Counted from the stretch's first letter, positions 1 through 15,500 are shown. The stretch: DNA of 64,000 nucleotides from Ptychomitrium polyphyllum (GCA_973851085.1 OZ316776.1:14942001-15006000); one strand, 5' to 3'. Program-made: numbers and translations. Notes: generated by a model not told the origin, from the letters alone.

Positions 1-2251
1 TTCATCCACCGATGTGTTACTTATCATTACCTTCGATTTGACTGGCAGCTGCATTTGTAGAGTAATGTGGTCCTGACTTGAGGTCTGTAGGCTCTTCATT
101 AGCTGGCTCTGTACTAGTTCTCCCTCGCAATGAAGGTTGGCTTTTACTTTTGCACCCATTATAAAAATAGTTTTTAGATGTCCGAATTTTCAAATTTTCA
201 GTAAATATAGGTCATTCATGAATTTCGAAAGTTTTAAAGGTTAAACACTGTAAAGTGGACTTTAAGTAGATTCCTAAGAATTTGCAAAATCACGGATTAT
301 GTTTTACTTGTAAATCAAACAAAAAAAATATCCATTTTTCTATCAATGTCAACTCTCCTTTCTCTAGCATTCAATTTTTTAAAAATCTTTAGAATTTTTT
401 TTCATGAAATTAGTCTTATAGTACAAAGATTCAATGTATTGCATGGTAAAGTTTTAAATCAAACATTATAATGATACCTTCAATTTCTACATGTATTAAG
501 TTCTTATAAAAAAACGTGATATATTTGTAATATTTAAAAATAAAAACTTAAAACTAGTTGATATTTTATGAAGTGTTTGCTAATTTCCATTCGATATGGT
601 ATGTCATAGAATTGCATGCATTTTATTAAAATACCAATAGAATATTATTATAATGTTCCAATATCTCACTTACAATAATACACTTTTAATGTTGCATATA
701 CATTATATACATTATGGAGTGTGATGTAAACTAGCTATGAACAATATATGCTTCATAGATTAAAAATTTGGTTTGGAAGTTTATATGATAGAGAAAATAT
801 TGTCATAATAAAAAAAATGTTGCACTTCCAATCTCTTATGCTCATAGCTTCTCCATATTGAAATATAAAATAATTATATAGAAAAGGATTTTCTTACTTG
901 TCTTTCCTAAAGATTTTTCACCTTTGCCTATTGAATGTTTAGCATGTGAAGTTGCCTTTAATTTTTGGGTGTATAAGACGTTTTGAACAAAAGTATAAAA
1001 AGATAGATAAAGTGCTTTGTTGTTCTAATGAGATGCTTATTGACATTCAATGTTAGTGACATTGATTTGGCAATGTACATTTAATACAATAATAAAATAT
1101 TTAGAATTTATGAAATCAAATGCTAATATTTAGTGCAATAAAGAGGAAATATTAAATTTTGATACCTGCACAAGAGACTCACAATGTACCAAGTGAATTG
1201 AAATAATTTTTATACACAAAATTACAAATCTTTATGTGAAGTGATTTTCAGGTCCAATTCAGAGCATAGTGATACACTGAAATCTCTTCAGGTCAATTTT
1301 GATATTAAAACATTGAATGGTGGAAAAAGAAAGTAAAAACAAGGTGAACACAATACATAATGTTGTGCCACTTGATGACTGTCATTAGTAATTATTTCAA
1401 ATTCAGTAGAAGTTTGGAATTTGAATTCATTTGTTCTTGTTTGCCTGGTGTATGTGGAGTCCACAACTTCAAATGAAGGTCCTGTGGACAAATGATAGCC
1501 AAAGTAAGTGGGTAACCCTGATTTGAGCTGCTTGTTTGAGACTGGGTCTGGTCAGCATGTTATTGCTCCTAGCACATGTTACTCCAGAATTCAGCGCTGC
1601 CCAAAAAAGATGAGAGTTTTAAGATTGCAAACAAAGAAAATCAATACCTTTCCTTTATTTCCTCTAATAACTGGATTCACTGTAAACTTAGCTTTCCTTA
1701 GTTGTATATAGTAATAATTTATTAATGATAGAATTAAATCTAAATGGATAAAATTGAATTTGCTAACATTATTTTGCGTGCCATACTGTACTCCTACTCC
1801 AGACTCGTTTTCTTCCAAAACTGCTAACATGCAACAGTATGTGTTTTGCGGATGTAATTATAGAGTGTAACGTGATGGATCATACTCCTGTCAAGTCAAT
1901 TTCCTCAGCTTTGACACGTGTGCAGCCAACATGGAGGTCAAGTAACTCATGGTCAACATGTCCAGTTCCCTTTGTGTTTTCTAGTATATTTCTGTAGCCC
2001 CCTTGTTTTCTTCTCTGAGGTTGAACCTATCCAATCTAGAGTTGCAGTTTGGATAATAAACAGCGCAATTTCCAAAACTCACGAGTTTTTATAATGAGGA
2101 ATACATTCCCACCAAGAACTTTGCACCAATTGTACTGTTTTAACTCTGATGTCTTCTCTTGTTTTTACTAGAGCTGGGAGAAAAAATTTCAATATTGCTT
2201 CTTACAAAATCAGCCTAAAAAGTTGTATATTAATAGTTTCAATTTGACACA

Positions 2252-3016
2252 AGTCACACAAGCTTGGACAACAGAGTGGACTTTTTCAACTGCCTTGAAG
2301 AATGATAGGCCTTTGTGTATGATCAGGAAGGAAAACTTCAAGAGGGTCTATTCACATTATGGCACAGACATGCATAGAATGTTGGAGGTCAGAAGGTCTA
2401 CTTTAATATGCATACATCACAATACACTTTGACCACTCATTCAAATACTACTTGATACCAATAATTCTGGGTACCTCATGCAATGGCCTAGCCTGCAATC
2501 ACACACATATTCAATGCCAACTTGTCAATAACTTGCAATGAAGTGGCTTGGCTATGAAGCTATGGGTTATGCTTCCTATCATGTTTGATGACAAAAATGT
2601 CCTGCATAGGTGCAAGTTCACTCCTCAAAGTTACAGAAACAATGCCTTAATTATGGGTTCTAACCTGTCGCCTGTTTTTGAAAGTTGTGATTGAAGGTGC
2701 TGCAAATCCAGCAAATCAAGTGCAGACATTCTGCTTTGCTCATAATATTCTTAGCACATAGGCAGAAGGCCCCTATGCCAGGAATATTCTCTTTGAATAT
2801 TTCATACATTGATTTGACTATAGCCTCTGTAAATATTCAAAAGCTTAGCAGAGGAAGTTTGAGCAAATAGAAAATGAACATGAAGTTTTTGTTACTATCA
2901 ATGATGTAACAACTACCCCTTCAGTATGATTTTGAAGAAAATCCTTCAAAAGCCACTTTCCGTGAAGCTAAAATGTTATGAGAGATGCAAATTGTTGATG
3001 TTCCATATCAAGGGTA
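2252..3016 (+). pseudogene. Decayed exon-like relics of an unidentified gene
   Basis: GC-richer islands read as protein-like text (SHTSLDNRVDFFNCLEE**AFVYDQEGKLQEGLFTLWHRHA*NVG; YDFEENPSKATFREAKML*EMQIVDVPYQG), interrupted by stops and ending at GT donors. Family not recognised. Confidence 0.3.
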
Positions 3017-5785
3017 ACATTATCATGTCCAAGAACTAAATAAACTTCTTATGGATGAGAACAAAATTTTAATACATGTTAATAATTTGCTTTATAATAA
3101 TATAAGACAAAATTTATGTAATTCTTGAATTTGCTTGACTAAATCTAACATATGTGAATTCTTTCACGTTCTCTTTTTATATTCTATATGCACAAATAAT
3201 TATTTATTATAAATTTGTAACATAAATTCTAAAAAACATAAATTTTACAAAATAAAATTATTATAATAAGTTCCAAATAAAGTTATTGATAAGATTTTGA
3301 TAATCTTGTAAATATTTTGTAACAAATTTTATTTCAATAATGAAAATGAATTCTAAAGTAATAAACTATTATAAGCCACAAGGACAAATTATTATAAATA
3401 TTCAAAATCTTTTTATCTATTTATAGATTTATTAGAAGATAAGTAGATAGGGAAAATTAATTAATTAATTTTAATTTTATTAAAAATTATAATATAATAT
3501 ATTTATATTTTTGTATTTTTTGTATAATAGTAAAACATACATCAATCAGAATCTTCATAAACCCATATGATTTAAAATTTATAACCAATATTATTAAAAT
3601 TGCACTATACAAATTTGGAATTCTTTCTACTATTCAATAAAAACATCTATATTTATAAAATTAAAAGAAAAATGTATATTAAATTTTTATTTTTTTTGTT
3701 AACTACAATAAACCATCTAAAAATCAAACCATAAACATTTACCTAATTTAGATGCAAGAATTTAGATACACTTGAAAAAAAATTATTTGCTTATTTTTCA
3801 AAAAATGTACATTGAATTGCACAACCATTAGTAATGACCTAATCATTGCATTTTAGATAAAATACATCAATGAAAAAATCTCCCTCATATGATACTTTTT
3901 AAGAATATTTTTCATGCAATGCTCTATATTTTCATGCATAGGAGCCTCTATATATTAAGGAAGATTTATACAACCTTATTTCTTATAATTGCCATTTTGT
4001 AAAAATTCTTCTATATTACGTTGTTGTAGAATATGATATAAAATCAACGAGTTTTCCAACACTTGCCATATCTTGAGTTAATTAAGATACATTTGCAATA
4101 GAATAAGGCACGTCTTCTAAAAAATGAGCCAAAACATGTCTTTTAGTTACAAAAGCATCATCAAGAATTATAAACCATTAATTAACCAACCCTTAATAAG
4201 CCGTCATTCCTACAAACACTAGCATAAAGAAAATACATTATCAAAAATTAAAAAGTATTGTCCTTTCTAAACAAAAAGCTAAAATCTATTTATTTTAAAG
4301 TGTACAATTGAGCATACAAATCAAGTTGGCATAATAATGCATATGCTAAATGTCGTAGGATTTGCCACATGAAATTGTTTCTAATGACCACTAATATGAA
4401 CCTTAGTAGAGGCCATATAAGAAAAAGGGCAAAGAAACAAGACAAAATGATTTCCAAACCATCACACTACCATCACATCAATATACATCCATCCTACACA
4501 AAATTTCTTGAATTGTTGAGATATCACAAATGATGCCAAAATTCTAAATATCAAAGCTAACATGTACAAATATAAATCCAAAATGTAACCATGAATCACC
4601 TTCAATCCACATATTGAAACTTTATACATTCCAACATTATAATAATAATTACATGTGAAATTAGAAAAAAATAATAGGATGCCATTACTATAGATATTTG
4701 AAACAAACAAAGAAGGGATGAGAATGAATCTAAATTGTTACAAAGTATTAAAAAATTTCAAAACTCCAATATATATTAAAAATCAGAAATTCATATATTA
4801 AAAATATATCAACCGAGAGGCGTTGGACGAGGCGTTGGATGAGGCTTCATCCGTTCCAGCTGCACATTCTTGGTGAGCATCCATCGTGATAGTTATCATC
4901 CATAAATGAGTGCCAGGGGAGCTGGACTGCCCTAAGCACGTGCAGAGAGTGGAGAGAGAGAAATGTGGAGACCCCGGATATTGAGACATTGAGGAAGGCC
5001 CAAGCATGAAGGAAAGCCCAATCATTCTGTTAGCTTCAGCAAAGTAAGAAGAACTTCGATACCTTTTTAGGGCAGAGTAAGTGAAAGTGTGTATTTGTCC
5101 ATTCTTATGTATTTATGTTCATTGAATATAGATAAGAACTGCAAGATATTTTCTTTCTAATTAAGGAATTTCTTATTATGTGGATTAAATTCCTCAAAGT
5201 GTAGATTAAAATCTTTAATATCTTCACTGCCATTATCTTAGAAATAGGCATATGGTGGATTGTATATTAAGCTATATTGTAACTTGGAATTGATACCACT
5301 TACCAATGCTAACACTCAAATATGTATAAGATTTTTGGTGGTTATTTATTGTTCTTTTCTTTTCAAGTGTATGACTAAAGGTCTAATTCTATGAAGGAAT
5401 TATCCCATTGGCCTGCACAAACAACATAAGGTAAACAAGCAAACATTAAAGTTGATTTTATTAAAACTAGTGAAAAGTGAATGTAAAGTTTGGTCTTGTC
5501 TAATGAATGATTATAAGTTTTGTGTTCTTATTTGTTCTTTTCTTAATTTATATCTATTTTTATTGATTTTAATTATAATATGCCTTACATTAGATGTTAT
5601 TTGATGTTTGGTGAAGCCCTTTTTTCTTACAAAGTTTGAGTTATCCACTTAAATCTTTTAAACTTTGCTAACAAGACATAGAAATTTCTATGGATAAAAA
5701 AACTTCTATTGAATTTAAGATTTTGACAATATGGTCATTTTGGTGTTTATTTGCGTAGGCACTAACTCAGATGCAATCTTGCAAA

Positions 5786-6201
5786 TGTCATGGACATACA
5801 TCACACATCACACTCTTCAAAAACCTTCCATTAGTTTCTAGTAGTAGCATTTAAAAATCTTCTAATAGCTCCCATTAGCTTCTATAAAAATTTCTTGTAA
5901 TTATAATTGCTTTTAGTAGCTTCCATTAGCTTCTATAAGAATTTATAGTAATTCTAATTCCTTCTAGTAGCTTTCATAATCTACCACCTTCCTAAACAAA
6001 CTTCTTAAGAAGCATAAGCTTCATGGTATAAATTAAAGGCAAGATGAAATATATCTTAGTGTTGCCAATATAAATTATAAAGCACTTCTATTGTATTGTT
6101 TTATTTCTAGTTCTTAAACTAATATTTTTATTTTGTAGTCATTAGAGGCTAATACTCAAAACCACTTCTTAATTATTTTTTAGTTTGTTATATCCCTATC
6201 A
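5786..6201 (+). mobile_element. Degenerate solo LTR related to the LTR family at 62.3-64 kb
   Basis: Starts TGTCATGGACATA (compare TGTCACGGACATA at 63505) and ends ...ATCCCTATCA. The internal tataaattaaaggcaag...cttagtgttgccaa segment resembles tataaataggaggcaag...cttagtcttgccaa near 63840. Flanks GCAAA/ACAAA are a 4/5 match to a 5-bp TSD. Confidence 0.7.
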
Positions 6202-7809
6202 ACAAAGCCCTTCCGGCATGGCACTCACTAGGAGATGATTGATGTGTGCATTGGCCTTACAATATTATTAGATTTACTACAAGATTCTTTGGGCTCCAAC
6301 ATTCAAGTATACAAATGTATATTTTGCACCTAACTATGCTATATCACTATGAAGATTGCTTGAAATTAACAAATAAGATGGACCTAATATATAACAATTT
6401 CATATCTTAGCTGCAAAAAATAAGATGGAGCCTTAATTTCCATGTATTGAGAAAATTGCATTATTGATACAAAGATGTAAAAAAGGAATGATTTATGCTA
6501 CATACACCATGCTCTATTTACCAAAAAACACAAAAGAAATTATGACAAGGGAATTTGTTTTAACGTTTGAATTTGGTCCAATTTGCTTTAAAAACATGAA
6601 TCGAATTTGATGCAAAGATTCTAGTTCAAAAAAGAATAGTCACTTTTCAAGATTCTAGTAGGAACACATCAACCTCCCTTTCAATGCATCTCAAGGCAAG
6701 ATTAAGAATTCAAAATGATGAAAATCATCTTATTAGAAAACACCATTTCAAGCCACAATACAAATTGTCTTAGAAATGTGATCACTACTAACACACACTC
6801 AAGCACATTATATGACGCACAAGAGGAATTCAAATTACATACTAATTAACTAATCATTGAGCTTGATAAAGATACATTGAAAAGGTAATTTTATTAACAC
6901 CCTTAAAAAGAGAAACCATGGAAACTTGCTACATAAAGCCTTAGCTTCTAAATTTGTATATGGATTTGTCTTTGTGCTTTAGAACATAAATCACATCCTT
7001 TGCTCCAACCATCTTGTGTCAAGTGTACTTGATGTATGTCACAACAAACTCAAATTACATGCTATAAATAAATCTTAAATTTTGGATCTTAGCTCTCTTT
7101 CTAAGTCAACACATTGATGCACTTGATGCTACTTCTCTTAACTATGCCTACATCAATGTGCGCAAAGTGTTAAAGTATAAGTAGATCACACCCGAATTAA
7201 CACCTTGCAAACAAACTATGATGGTGGAAGCCAAACACCCCAAGATCCTTATTTAGGAATGGATTCAATGAGCTCTAAATTCAATGGGCTCCTCAAGTAG
7301 TTCCCATGCCCTAAGGGTAGAGTTCTAGAAGGCCAAGTTAGCAACGTAAGCTTTGTGGAAGGAGCAGGCCTAATGCAACATTGCATGAACTTTAATGCAA
7401 GGCCTACAGGGGTAGAGTTCTAGAAGGCCTACAATACTTTATAGTAGATTCTGGAATTCAAGCACCCACCAAACCTACAGGGAAGAAATTCCTAAGTGCA
7501 TGAAACTACTGGAGGAGCATGGATAAACTGTGGGCAGGCAGCAGGCTGGAAATACTTGCACTTGGAAGCAAGTGATATGGGGTCTGGGGTCCAGATAATC
7601 CTGTGAGCAGTATCATTATGATCTGTATGGATAACTAAGCATAAAGGTCTTTTTTGCAATGACAAAGAAAAGGATAAAAGACAGCTGTATTATGTACATC
7701 TTTATATACTTTGATTATTTACAAAGTAATTAAATTAAGAGATTATTTTATCAACTTCTGACACCCTCTAACCAGCTGTGAAGGAATTTCTAGGTAATTA
7801 TTTGTCAGA

Positions 7810-8092
7810 GTGAGCAAATGGGCTCTAAGCTGGTCGTTGTTAGAGGTGAACTCTAAAGTGTTTAAAGAAGAGGTATGGAGCAAAGTTTATATTAAGTTAT
7901 GACCTAATCTGGCAAGGCCTGCTGTATAACTGTAGCATGGACTGGTCAAAGACCCCAAGGAAAAATCCATCTACTATAGGTCAAGACCCTCATAAGGCTT
8001 TGATGTTAGGGTGCAGGAGGAAGGTCATCAGTTCCAGGACTGATCTCTCAGGAAGATGGGTTCTTGAGCCTACTGTCTAATGTTCTCATATG
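7810..8092 (+). pseudogene. Decayed exon-like relic
   Basis: CAG acceptor at 7806-7808 and G|GTGAC donor at 8093 bracket a frame VSKWALSWSLLEVNSKVFKEEVWSKVYIKL*PNLARPAV*L*HGLVKDPKEKSIYYRSRPS*GFDVRVQEEG... with many stops. Family not recognised. Confidence 0.3.
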
Positions 8093-11000
8093 GTGACCTT
8101 ACTTTTCAATTTGGAGTCCTTGTTGTCATGTAGTTTGTGGTGTCTTGCTCCTAGACTGGCCCTTTGAGGCCCATGCGGAGTTGTTCTACTCTTTATTATC
8201 AATGAAATTATCTTCCGGAAATGGTAAATAAGTAAAATTAATATAAGGTGCACTCTGAGAGAAGACATGAATCATGGTGATGTCTTCCCAAGTTCCCAGC
8301 AGAGTTGGTTAGGGGCCTCATTAAGTAGCCCACGTACCTGGTGTTTTGTTCAAGATGATGCTTATTTGAAGCTGTGGATAGTCCTTAGTCAAAGTCCCAG
8401 CGTGCAATTAATGTCAATCCTGAATAATGTAATATTATCTAGATTAGAGTTTGTTAAAGTTGATGCTTCATCAAACCTGCAGTTAACTGTAAGGGGCAAG
8501 TGCATAAATTATAGTACAAACTGTTTTGATACCAGTCTACTATTAATTGTCTGATTGCAATCTTGTAAGTGAAACTTCAGTAACATGGTTTGAAGTACAT
8601 GTCATTCACATTCTGATGAATGATTGTTTATCAGTAACTAGAGGTAAATCTATATATTTTTAACCCTTCATTGTTTGCAAACTTAACCCACATTCCTTCA
8701 CTTGCACTGGGAATAAAAGAAGATAGTAATTCTTTAATTTCTAAAAGCTGAAGTGAAAACTGCTCGAAAACATTTCAAACTATTAAAGATCTTAATTTAC
8801 AGATGTTGCAATGTGTTACATTTTATTTTTTTAAAAACGAATGTACTGATATAATTTGGTGAAGAATTACTTAAAGAGATTATACCTAAGTGATGTCCAA
8901 TCTTTGTTTTTTTATTTCTGAAATCAAATTGATGCAGAATCGATTGCATGTGGAAATAACAACTACCATTCTCATTCTTGAATATATGTTAGGACCTTCC
9001 TTGATTATGGGTACACTATCTTTAATGAATTGTCTTTTGAGGGCCAAGTGTTTTAGACCTAAATAATTAAATTTTTAACTTCAAAAGTCATGCTTCTATT
9101 GCCCTTCTTATAAAATATAAATTCCAAGGATGTATCATAAAAAACTTGCAATAATAAGTATATCCTATTGCAACTGCATATATTTTAAGGTTTGGACATT
9201 GTCTTGAATATTTCTAGAGCCTCACCATTGCACTACATTTAAGCTCAAGCTTATGTGCTATGTGCAATTAATAGCCATGTGTTTTTTGCAAAAAGAGGTT
9301 GTAAATTAAAGAAGCTCTATTTGTGTTGCTTTATTAATTGCTTTATATGTTATGTACATTATAAACGATTGATTGTAGTTCATGCGAAAATGGAAATAAT
9401 TATAGGTAAGTAAAAAGACACCTTATCTATGTATTAAAATTAACTTGTATTGTGGTATTTTGCATGGAATCAAGTGGAGGTCTCCATCTTATGAACTACT
9501 TCAAATGATGTCATAGCTTGTGGAATTACACTTCAAGAAGGAGCCTATACTCTTTGTTTGTTTCACACTTGTTTAAAAACTTATATTTGTTTAAAGTTTG
9601 TTTTAATGCATAAGGGACTTTAAACAATAAGTATACATCAATTTCTAATTGCACAATTTTATAAAATCTTCATCTTTAAATGGTCTAAAATTTGAAGAGA
9701 TGTTTTTTTTCATTTGGTGTTGATAAAATTGGTAAATTAGATTCCAAATCAAGTTTAATTGTTGTACTATAGATCTTCTATTAATTTAACTTGTTTTGAA
9801 AAATTGGCAAGTATTTGAGTATAAAAGGGCTCAATTTTGGATACTTATTGCTTTGTAATTTTTGAACCATTTTTTGTTTTTACAAGGTCAATTATCTAAT
9901 TACAAATTTGTACCAATGTGTTTTTGAGATGGTGTCTAGTTAAAGTCAATTTATTGGAGTTACTTCAGTTATAAAATATCAACTTTGAAGTGCCATTAGC
10001 TAAATTAAAATTTTCTTTTTAATATCAATACGTAATGATCTTTCAACCTATATAGCTTTATGATTCCAAATTTTATGCTTTCATCTACGTTGGCTCTACA
10101 ATAAGATTGTATAGTTGAAATTTATATGGCTCACTTTTATTCAAATTTGTATAGAAGTGCTTATGTCAATTTTAGGTGTATTTCTGAAATACTCTCACGT
10201 TGATTTTAAAACACCTTGGATTACTTTCGAAAATTAAACATTTGGATAAATTTCACCTTTGAGGAATAAAAAAAATCCTATATTTTGTTGTATACTGTTT
10301 TAGATTTTTTTGATTGTATACTTCTCAAGCCTACAAATGAAACAAGGCATTAGCAACCATACTAATGGAGGTTGGGTTTACACAATATAACCTTTAAATG
10401 TTCACCCACAGAGTCATTGATTTTATTATATCTTTTGATTTATTTAAGAATAAAATTCTATTTAATGTTTAAAAAAAAATTCGGAGTTTAACTGCACATT
10501 TTTCTATTCCTCATGTAATACATACCTGACACTTGATGATACCATAATGATACTTAAATAACACGTAAGTAAAATTTGAGTATCTGGCTTAATTTTCATA
10601 AGAATTTTACTATTTTTTCTAAGAAACTTGTTAGAAGTAGCCTCATATTATAAGTGTAGCAAACTAGCTACAAATATATTTCAAAAAGCACTGCTCAGAC
10701 TTCAGACTCTATCCCCTCCTGGTAGGAGTTTCTAAGGATATAGAGGTTTCTTCCACCCTGTGAATTTGTGGAGCCTTGCTACCATAAACAGAGGCTAAGT
10801 TCAGCACATACCTACAGAAATTACATCCAAAATAACACAAAATCCCTATTTCTGCCAATGAAATGACAACATGTGGCACTTCCACTAAAGACCATTCTTT
10901 TGGGGCCAAATCTGACCTCCAGCCATGGTAACTGGGCTCGCATCCATTTTTTGGGACAGAGTACATACCCTAATGCAAAGGGACTCACTTGACTATGCAA

Positions 11001-12314
11001 TGATAAGCTTGTCACAAGTTCCAGTTGTGACTAAAACCAAAAGGGAGATGACAAACCATATCTGGCCCAGCTACAGCTTGTCATTTTACTCTCTGTAATC
11101 CGAGCTTTGCCAGAGAGCTCTAAAATGGCACAAGCATGCCAAATGGTAATGTTACAGTGCTATTGTAAGTGCCTTGCGGTACAGTATCTCTTTACATGGC
11201 CAAACTGGGCATGAGTTGATCTACATGTCAGCTCCTTCACAAAACACATTACTTGAAATGGATAGAACAACGTCATGGAACAGTGTGATTTGAGCATTTA
11301 AAAAGCCAGAAAACATCAAAATAATTGACTAACATCAAGGCAGAAAGTTGGATAGAAGTTCATGAAAATATGGATGAAGAAAACAAATTCTTCACAGGAA
11401 TTTTTGAATTTTTGAATTTTTGAAAAGTTAGATAAATTGCAAGCTTTTGATGAAATTAGCAAGAATGACTGGACAAAGAATGTTATATCCAAATTATGGA
11501 TAGAATGTGAAAAGATTTGGCTACAACATGTTATATTGTGGTGCCACATTATAATGTTGTGCTTGCCAAAAAAGCAAAAAACAAACAAAAACTTTATAAT
11601 TGAATACTGACAATTGTAGCCTAAATTGAGTTATACTCATAACATCCTCACTCACTTTAATTTTGGCTTCCATCTGTAGAAATGTTCTTTTAGTTATATT
11701 GATTAAAAAAGTCTTATTGATAAATTGGACAAATAGTTGGTGTTTTGAATGTTTCATTGACATATTTGTAGATAAGAATGTTAAGTTGGAATTCCCTTGG
11801 TAAAAAAAATCCTTACATCTTTCATCTTTCTAAAGAATATCCAAAAAAAATAGTGTATTCAAAATCAACATCATGTGTTTTAAACTATAATATATATTGC
11901 TATCAATATCACATGTATCAATCAATTTAAAATGTTATAATATTTTGTTTCTAATGGATATAATTATTTAAAAAATAAAATAAAATCCTTTTGTATAAAT
12001 AATATCTATATCTTTGCTCTTGGTCAATATAGCCACCATGTGTAAAAGTTCATAACTGTGCATACATAATTATTATATGTGACACTACTTATCTTTTACT
12101 TGTGTAGTATTTCATCCTTTCACTGTCCCCCCACCCTCTTACAATGACCCTGCACTATAAAGAACTTCAAAATCAAAGGAAATGTGACTACATTGGGTTG
12201 GGTTTGGTTTGGTTGATGATAGGATTGAGACTTGCATCTAACCAATTCAGTCACCTTTTGTTGTTTTCAAACTTCTTTATTGCACAATGACTAACTTATT
12301 TTGGAAGGGGGAGA

Positions 12315-12590
12315 GGGATACCAGACCAGCTGGAGAGATGGTGGGACAGTGTGAAATCATTCTGTTGGGAATTGGAAAGTAGTATGGTCCTTCACTCAAC
12401 CTGATATTCACTCCTTCTTTGCATGACTTCTATGGATCAGTACCAGCCACATCAAACTAATGAAGGCACCCCATGCTTTCATGTGCTTCAACAGCCTGAT
12501 GTGCTTTGTGCACTGATTCAAGATAGATGGATCCAAATTGAGCATAGACAGTAATATTGGAAGTTTGGACTTAAAAAAACCAGTGGAAAG
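12315..12590 (+). pseudogene. Decayed exon-like relic
   Basis: 92-codon frame GIPDQLERWWDSVKSFCWELESSMVLHST*YSLL...QDRWIQIEHRQ*YWKFGLKKTSGK with two stops, followed by AAG|GT. Family not recognised. Confidence 0.3.
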
Positions 12591-15500
12591 GTCCATTCTT
12601 CCAATTTGAGGTTCCTTTACTCATTTTAACCCTTTAGCAACATAAAGGCATCTTTGGTCTTAAAAACATGTTTTTCATTTCTTTTTATAGAAGATAACAT
12701 TGTTTGCATTTTGAGTGATGAGGATGGAGATGAGCAAGTCCTATTAAGTCTAATTGTATCTTTGGTAGCAATTTGGACTCCATACTCTATTTTTCACAGT
12801 TTAAAGTGGTGATCATGATTTTAGTGACAAATGTACATATGTGGTACAATTGGAATTCTAAACAGTTGTTTTCCTAATATAAGTATACTGTGACCTTTGT
12901 ATACTTTGAACTTCATTAATAACAAAATGAACTGATGCTATCACTAAATTTTTATAAATTTTTTCTGAATTTTTATGATTGTGTTACATTTATAAAATCT
13001 GAACAGATAATAGTTCAGAGAAAATTGTGAAAGCATATATACATTTGAAAATATATACAAAATAAGGTATTTAGTGTTTGATTTGTTAACCAAAAAATTA
13101 ATTAAAAATTCACATTTTTGTAGGATTTTTTACAATTTACTACATAATTTTTTTGACTTGCTTGTCACGATAAAAATATACCGTAATGACATGTAGAAGT
13201 GCTGTAGAGATTTATTATATCAAAATCATCAAAAAAATGTGATTATAAATATTACTTATGAAAAATGATGTGGAATGTCAAGAAATCAGTAAGAAACAAT
13301 ATAAGCTCTTATTTAATATAATGCAAAGGAAACTAAGAATAAAATAAACCCAAATGAAAATAAAAAGGAAAATTCTTATGGAGGGTACTACTTTTTAAAA
13401 AGTTCCATGAAAACTAAACCTAACAAAAATTCTAACATAATTGAGTTTCTTTTTTAATCTAACAGCAAATACTACAACTTATGTTGGACCTCCTAAAAAT
13501 AGTTTGATTCTCATTTCTAACATTTATCTATACATTCTATGCCCAACATATCCATCAGCACTTCCTCACTAATATATATTTTTGACTAGTTAGGGATGGA
13601 GAAGTAAGTCTCTTATCTTATTACATGAATTCTCATAATCCATTCCATTGCTAAGTATGCTTAATTTTCATTTCCAACACTTTTAAACAAAGGATTGTTA
13701 GAGTCCTGATCAAGAATGCTATCTGAATTTCTTCCCTGAGGCCTCTAGCTGAGGTTAACCAGAACATTGATGGAGCATGTTTGAAGCTTTCCATGTCAAA
13801 GTTAGTCATGCACATCATGGCTACTTCCTCTAGTTTTATGAAATCCTTTGATAAGGAGCCATGATCTCCCAGACATGTAGAATGCACATGACTATGCAAA
13901 TACTAGGAATTTAACTCACACAAATCATATTGAGACTGGGAGGTTTTAGTAAAAGAAAATCACAAGGGCAATGCACAGAAATAAACCTCCCACACATCCA
14001 AGGATTTTATCAAGCTAAAATCAAGCAAACATAAAATCTCAAACTATGTCACAAATTTAAATAATAGGAGATGCAGGTTACACCTCTATGTGCATGGGAT
14101 AAGCATGGGGAGAATGAACCTGTAACCCTCCAGAACATAGCCTCAACCTTGACAGACACTCCAAAGATGCAATCCATGCACTTTGAAGTGCACACACATA
14201 AAACAAGCCTAGTCATGCATAAGGCAGGGCTCTGGTCCATGCACAATTCAAACCAACCTAAAACTGCTCCTAAGAAACTCACACCACCAACCATCACTGT
14301 GTCCAAAAACCAACATCATCTGCCTGCAGCATGGACCCTTGAAATCCACAGTGTACAGTTGACACCTTGAGATCTCAATGGCATATAGGATGTTGTTTCA
14401 GCATCAAATGTCCCTTGTATATATACATGCCTCCCATAAGAAACTCACCATCATTGTATTTAAAACCAATATATTACACTTCATTAAATGCATGGATAAT
14501 GTCAAATCTATGTATACCACAGTTATTATGCTCAAAATCAAGGTCATTTTTACATTTGATAGTATAAATGAAATGTAATGTAATTTGAAGTTACATCCCA
14601 AATGTTTATATAGTATGCATTTACATTTAATCTATTCAAAATCATAATATTTTACTCAAAATATTTTTTTGCTCTAATAATGATGTAAGATTTCTTTACA
14701 AAATTATTTTAAAGATAATTTAATATTTTGAACAAAATTCTAGATTCTTAAATCACAAATCACAAGATTTTTCATCCTATAGAGACATGTGCATTAAATA
14801 GGTAGGTATTCCAAAAATGTTTACAGGTACTCAAAAGTACCATAATAAAACAAGGTTATATTATGGTATCCAGTTGGAAATTGGGTGATAACATGTTGAC
14901 ACCCGCATCATACTTATATGATACCCTTGGTCATACTCAAATACTTGGATACTGGTAAACAGAATTGATATGTATGGTAAAAGAGTCCTCAAGCCTTGGG
15001 GAAGAATGCGCAGTAAGTTGATCTTTTCGTATACTTGATGTCGGCTTTTGGCTACAGTAACCGTTTTAGGTAGGCATCCCTCATGTGTCCCTCATCAGCG
15101 CCAAAGACGGGGCCAAACTTCAAAGCGGGTCCAAAGGGGTTGCATCCCCAGATGGATGACCCAACCTCCTCACGTGGGACCAGACGCCATGGATGAGATT
15201 CGATTCATCGCACCGGGTCGCCAGGGCCAGGGTCGGCCCGTGGGGGCCGTCAGCCCTCCAGGACATCCGAAGCCATGCCAGGCCAAGTTAAGCCACCACC
15301 GGCAACTACGGGTTCCATTCCGGTAGGAGGCTGGACTTCCCTACCCGCGGGTGTACAGCGGTTGGTGAGCCTCACCTCGCCCAGACAAGCAAACGCTCAT
15401 CGTAGGGAAGGAAAGGAAAGAAACTCTTGGCCAGCCTCCCTGTTTTTCTTCAGAAATTATTTTTTCCTTCTGGGGGTAGAGCCTATAATCTTTCGTCTTT

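Noticed and set aside
7315..7430. 20-bp direct repeat GGGTAGAGTTCTAGAAGGCC
   Set aside because: Only two copies; a local duplication in decayed DNA, not an array.
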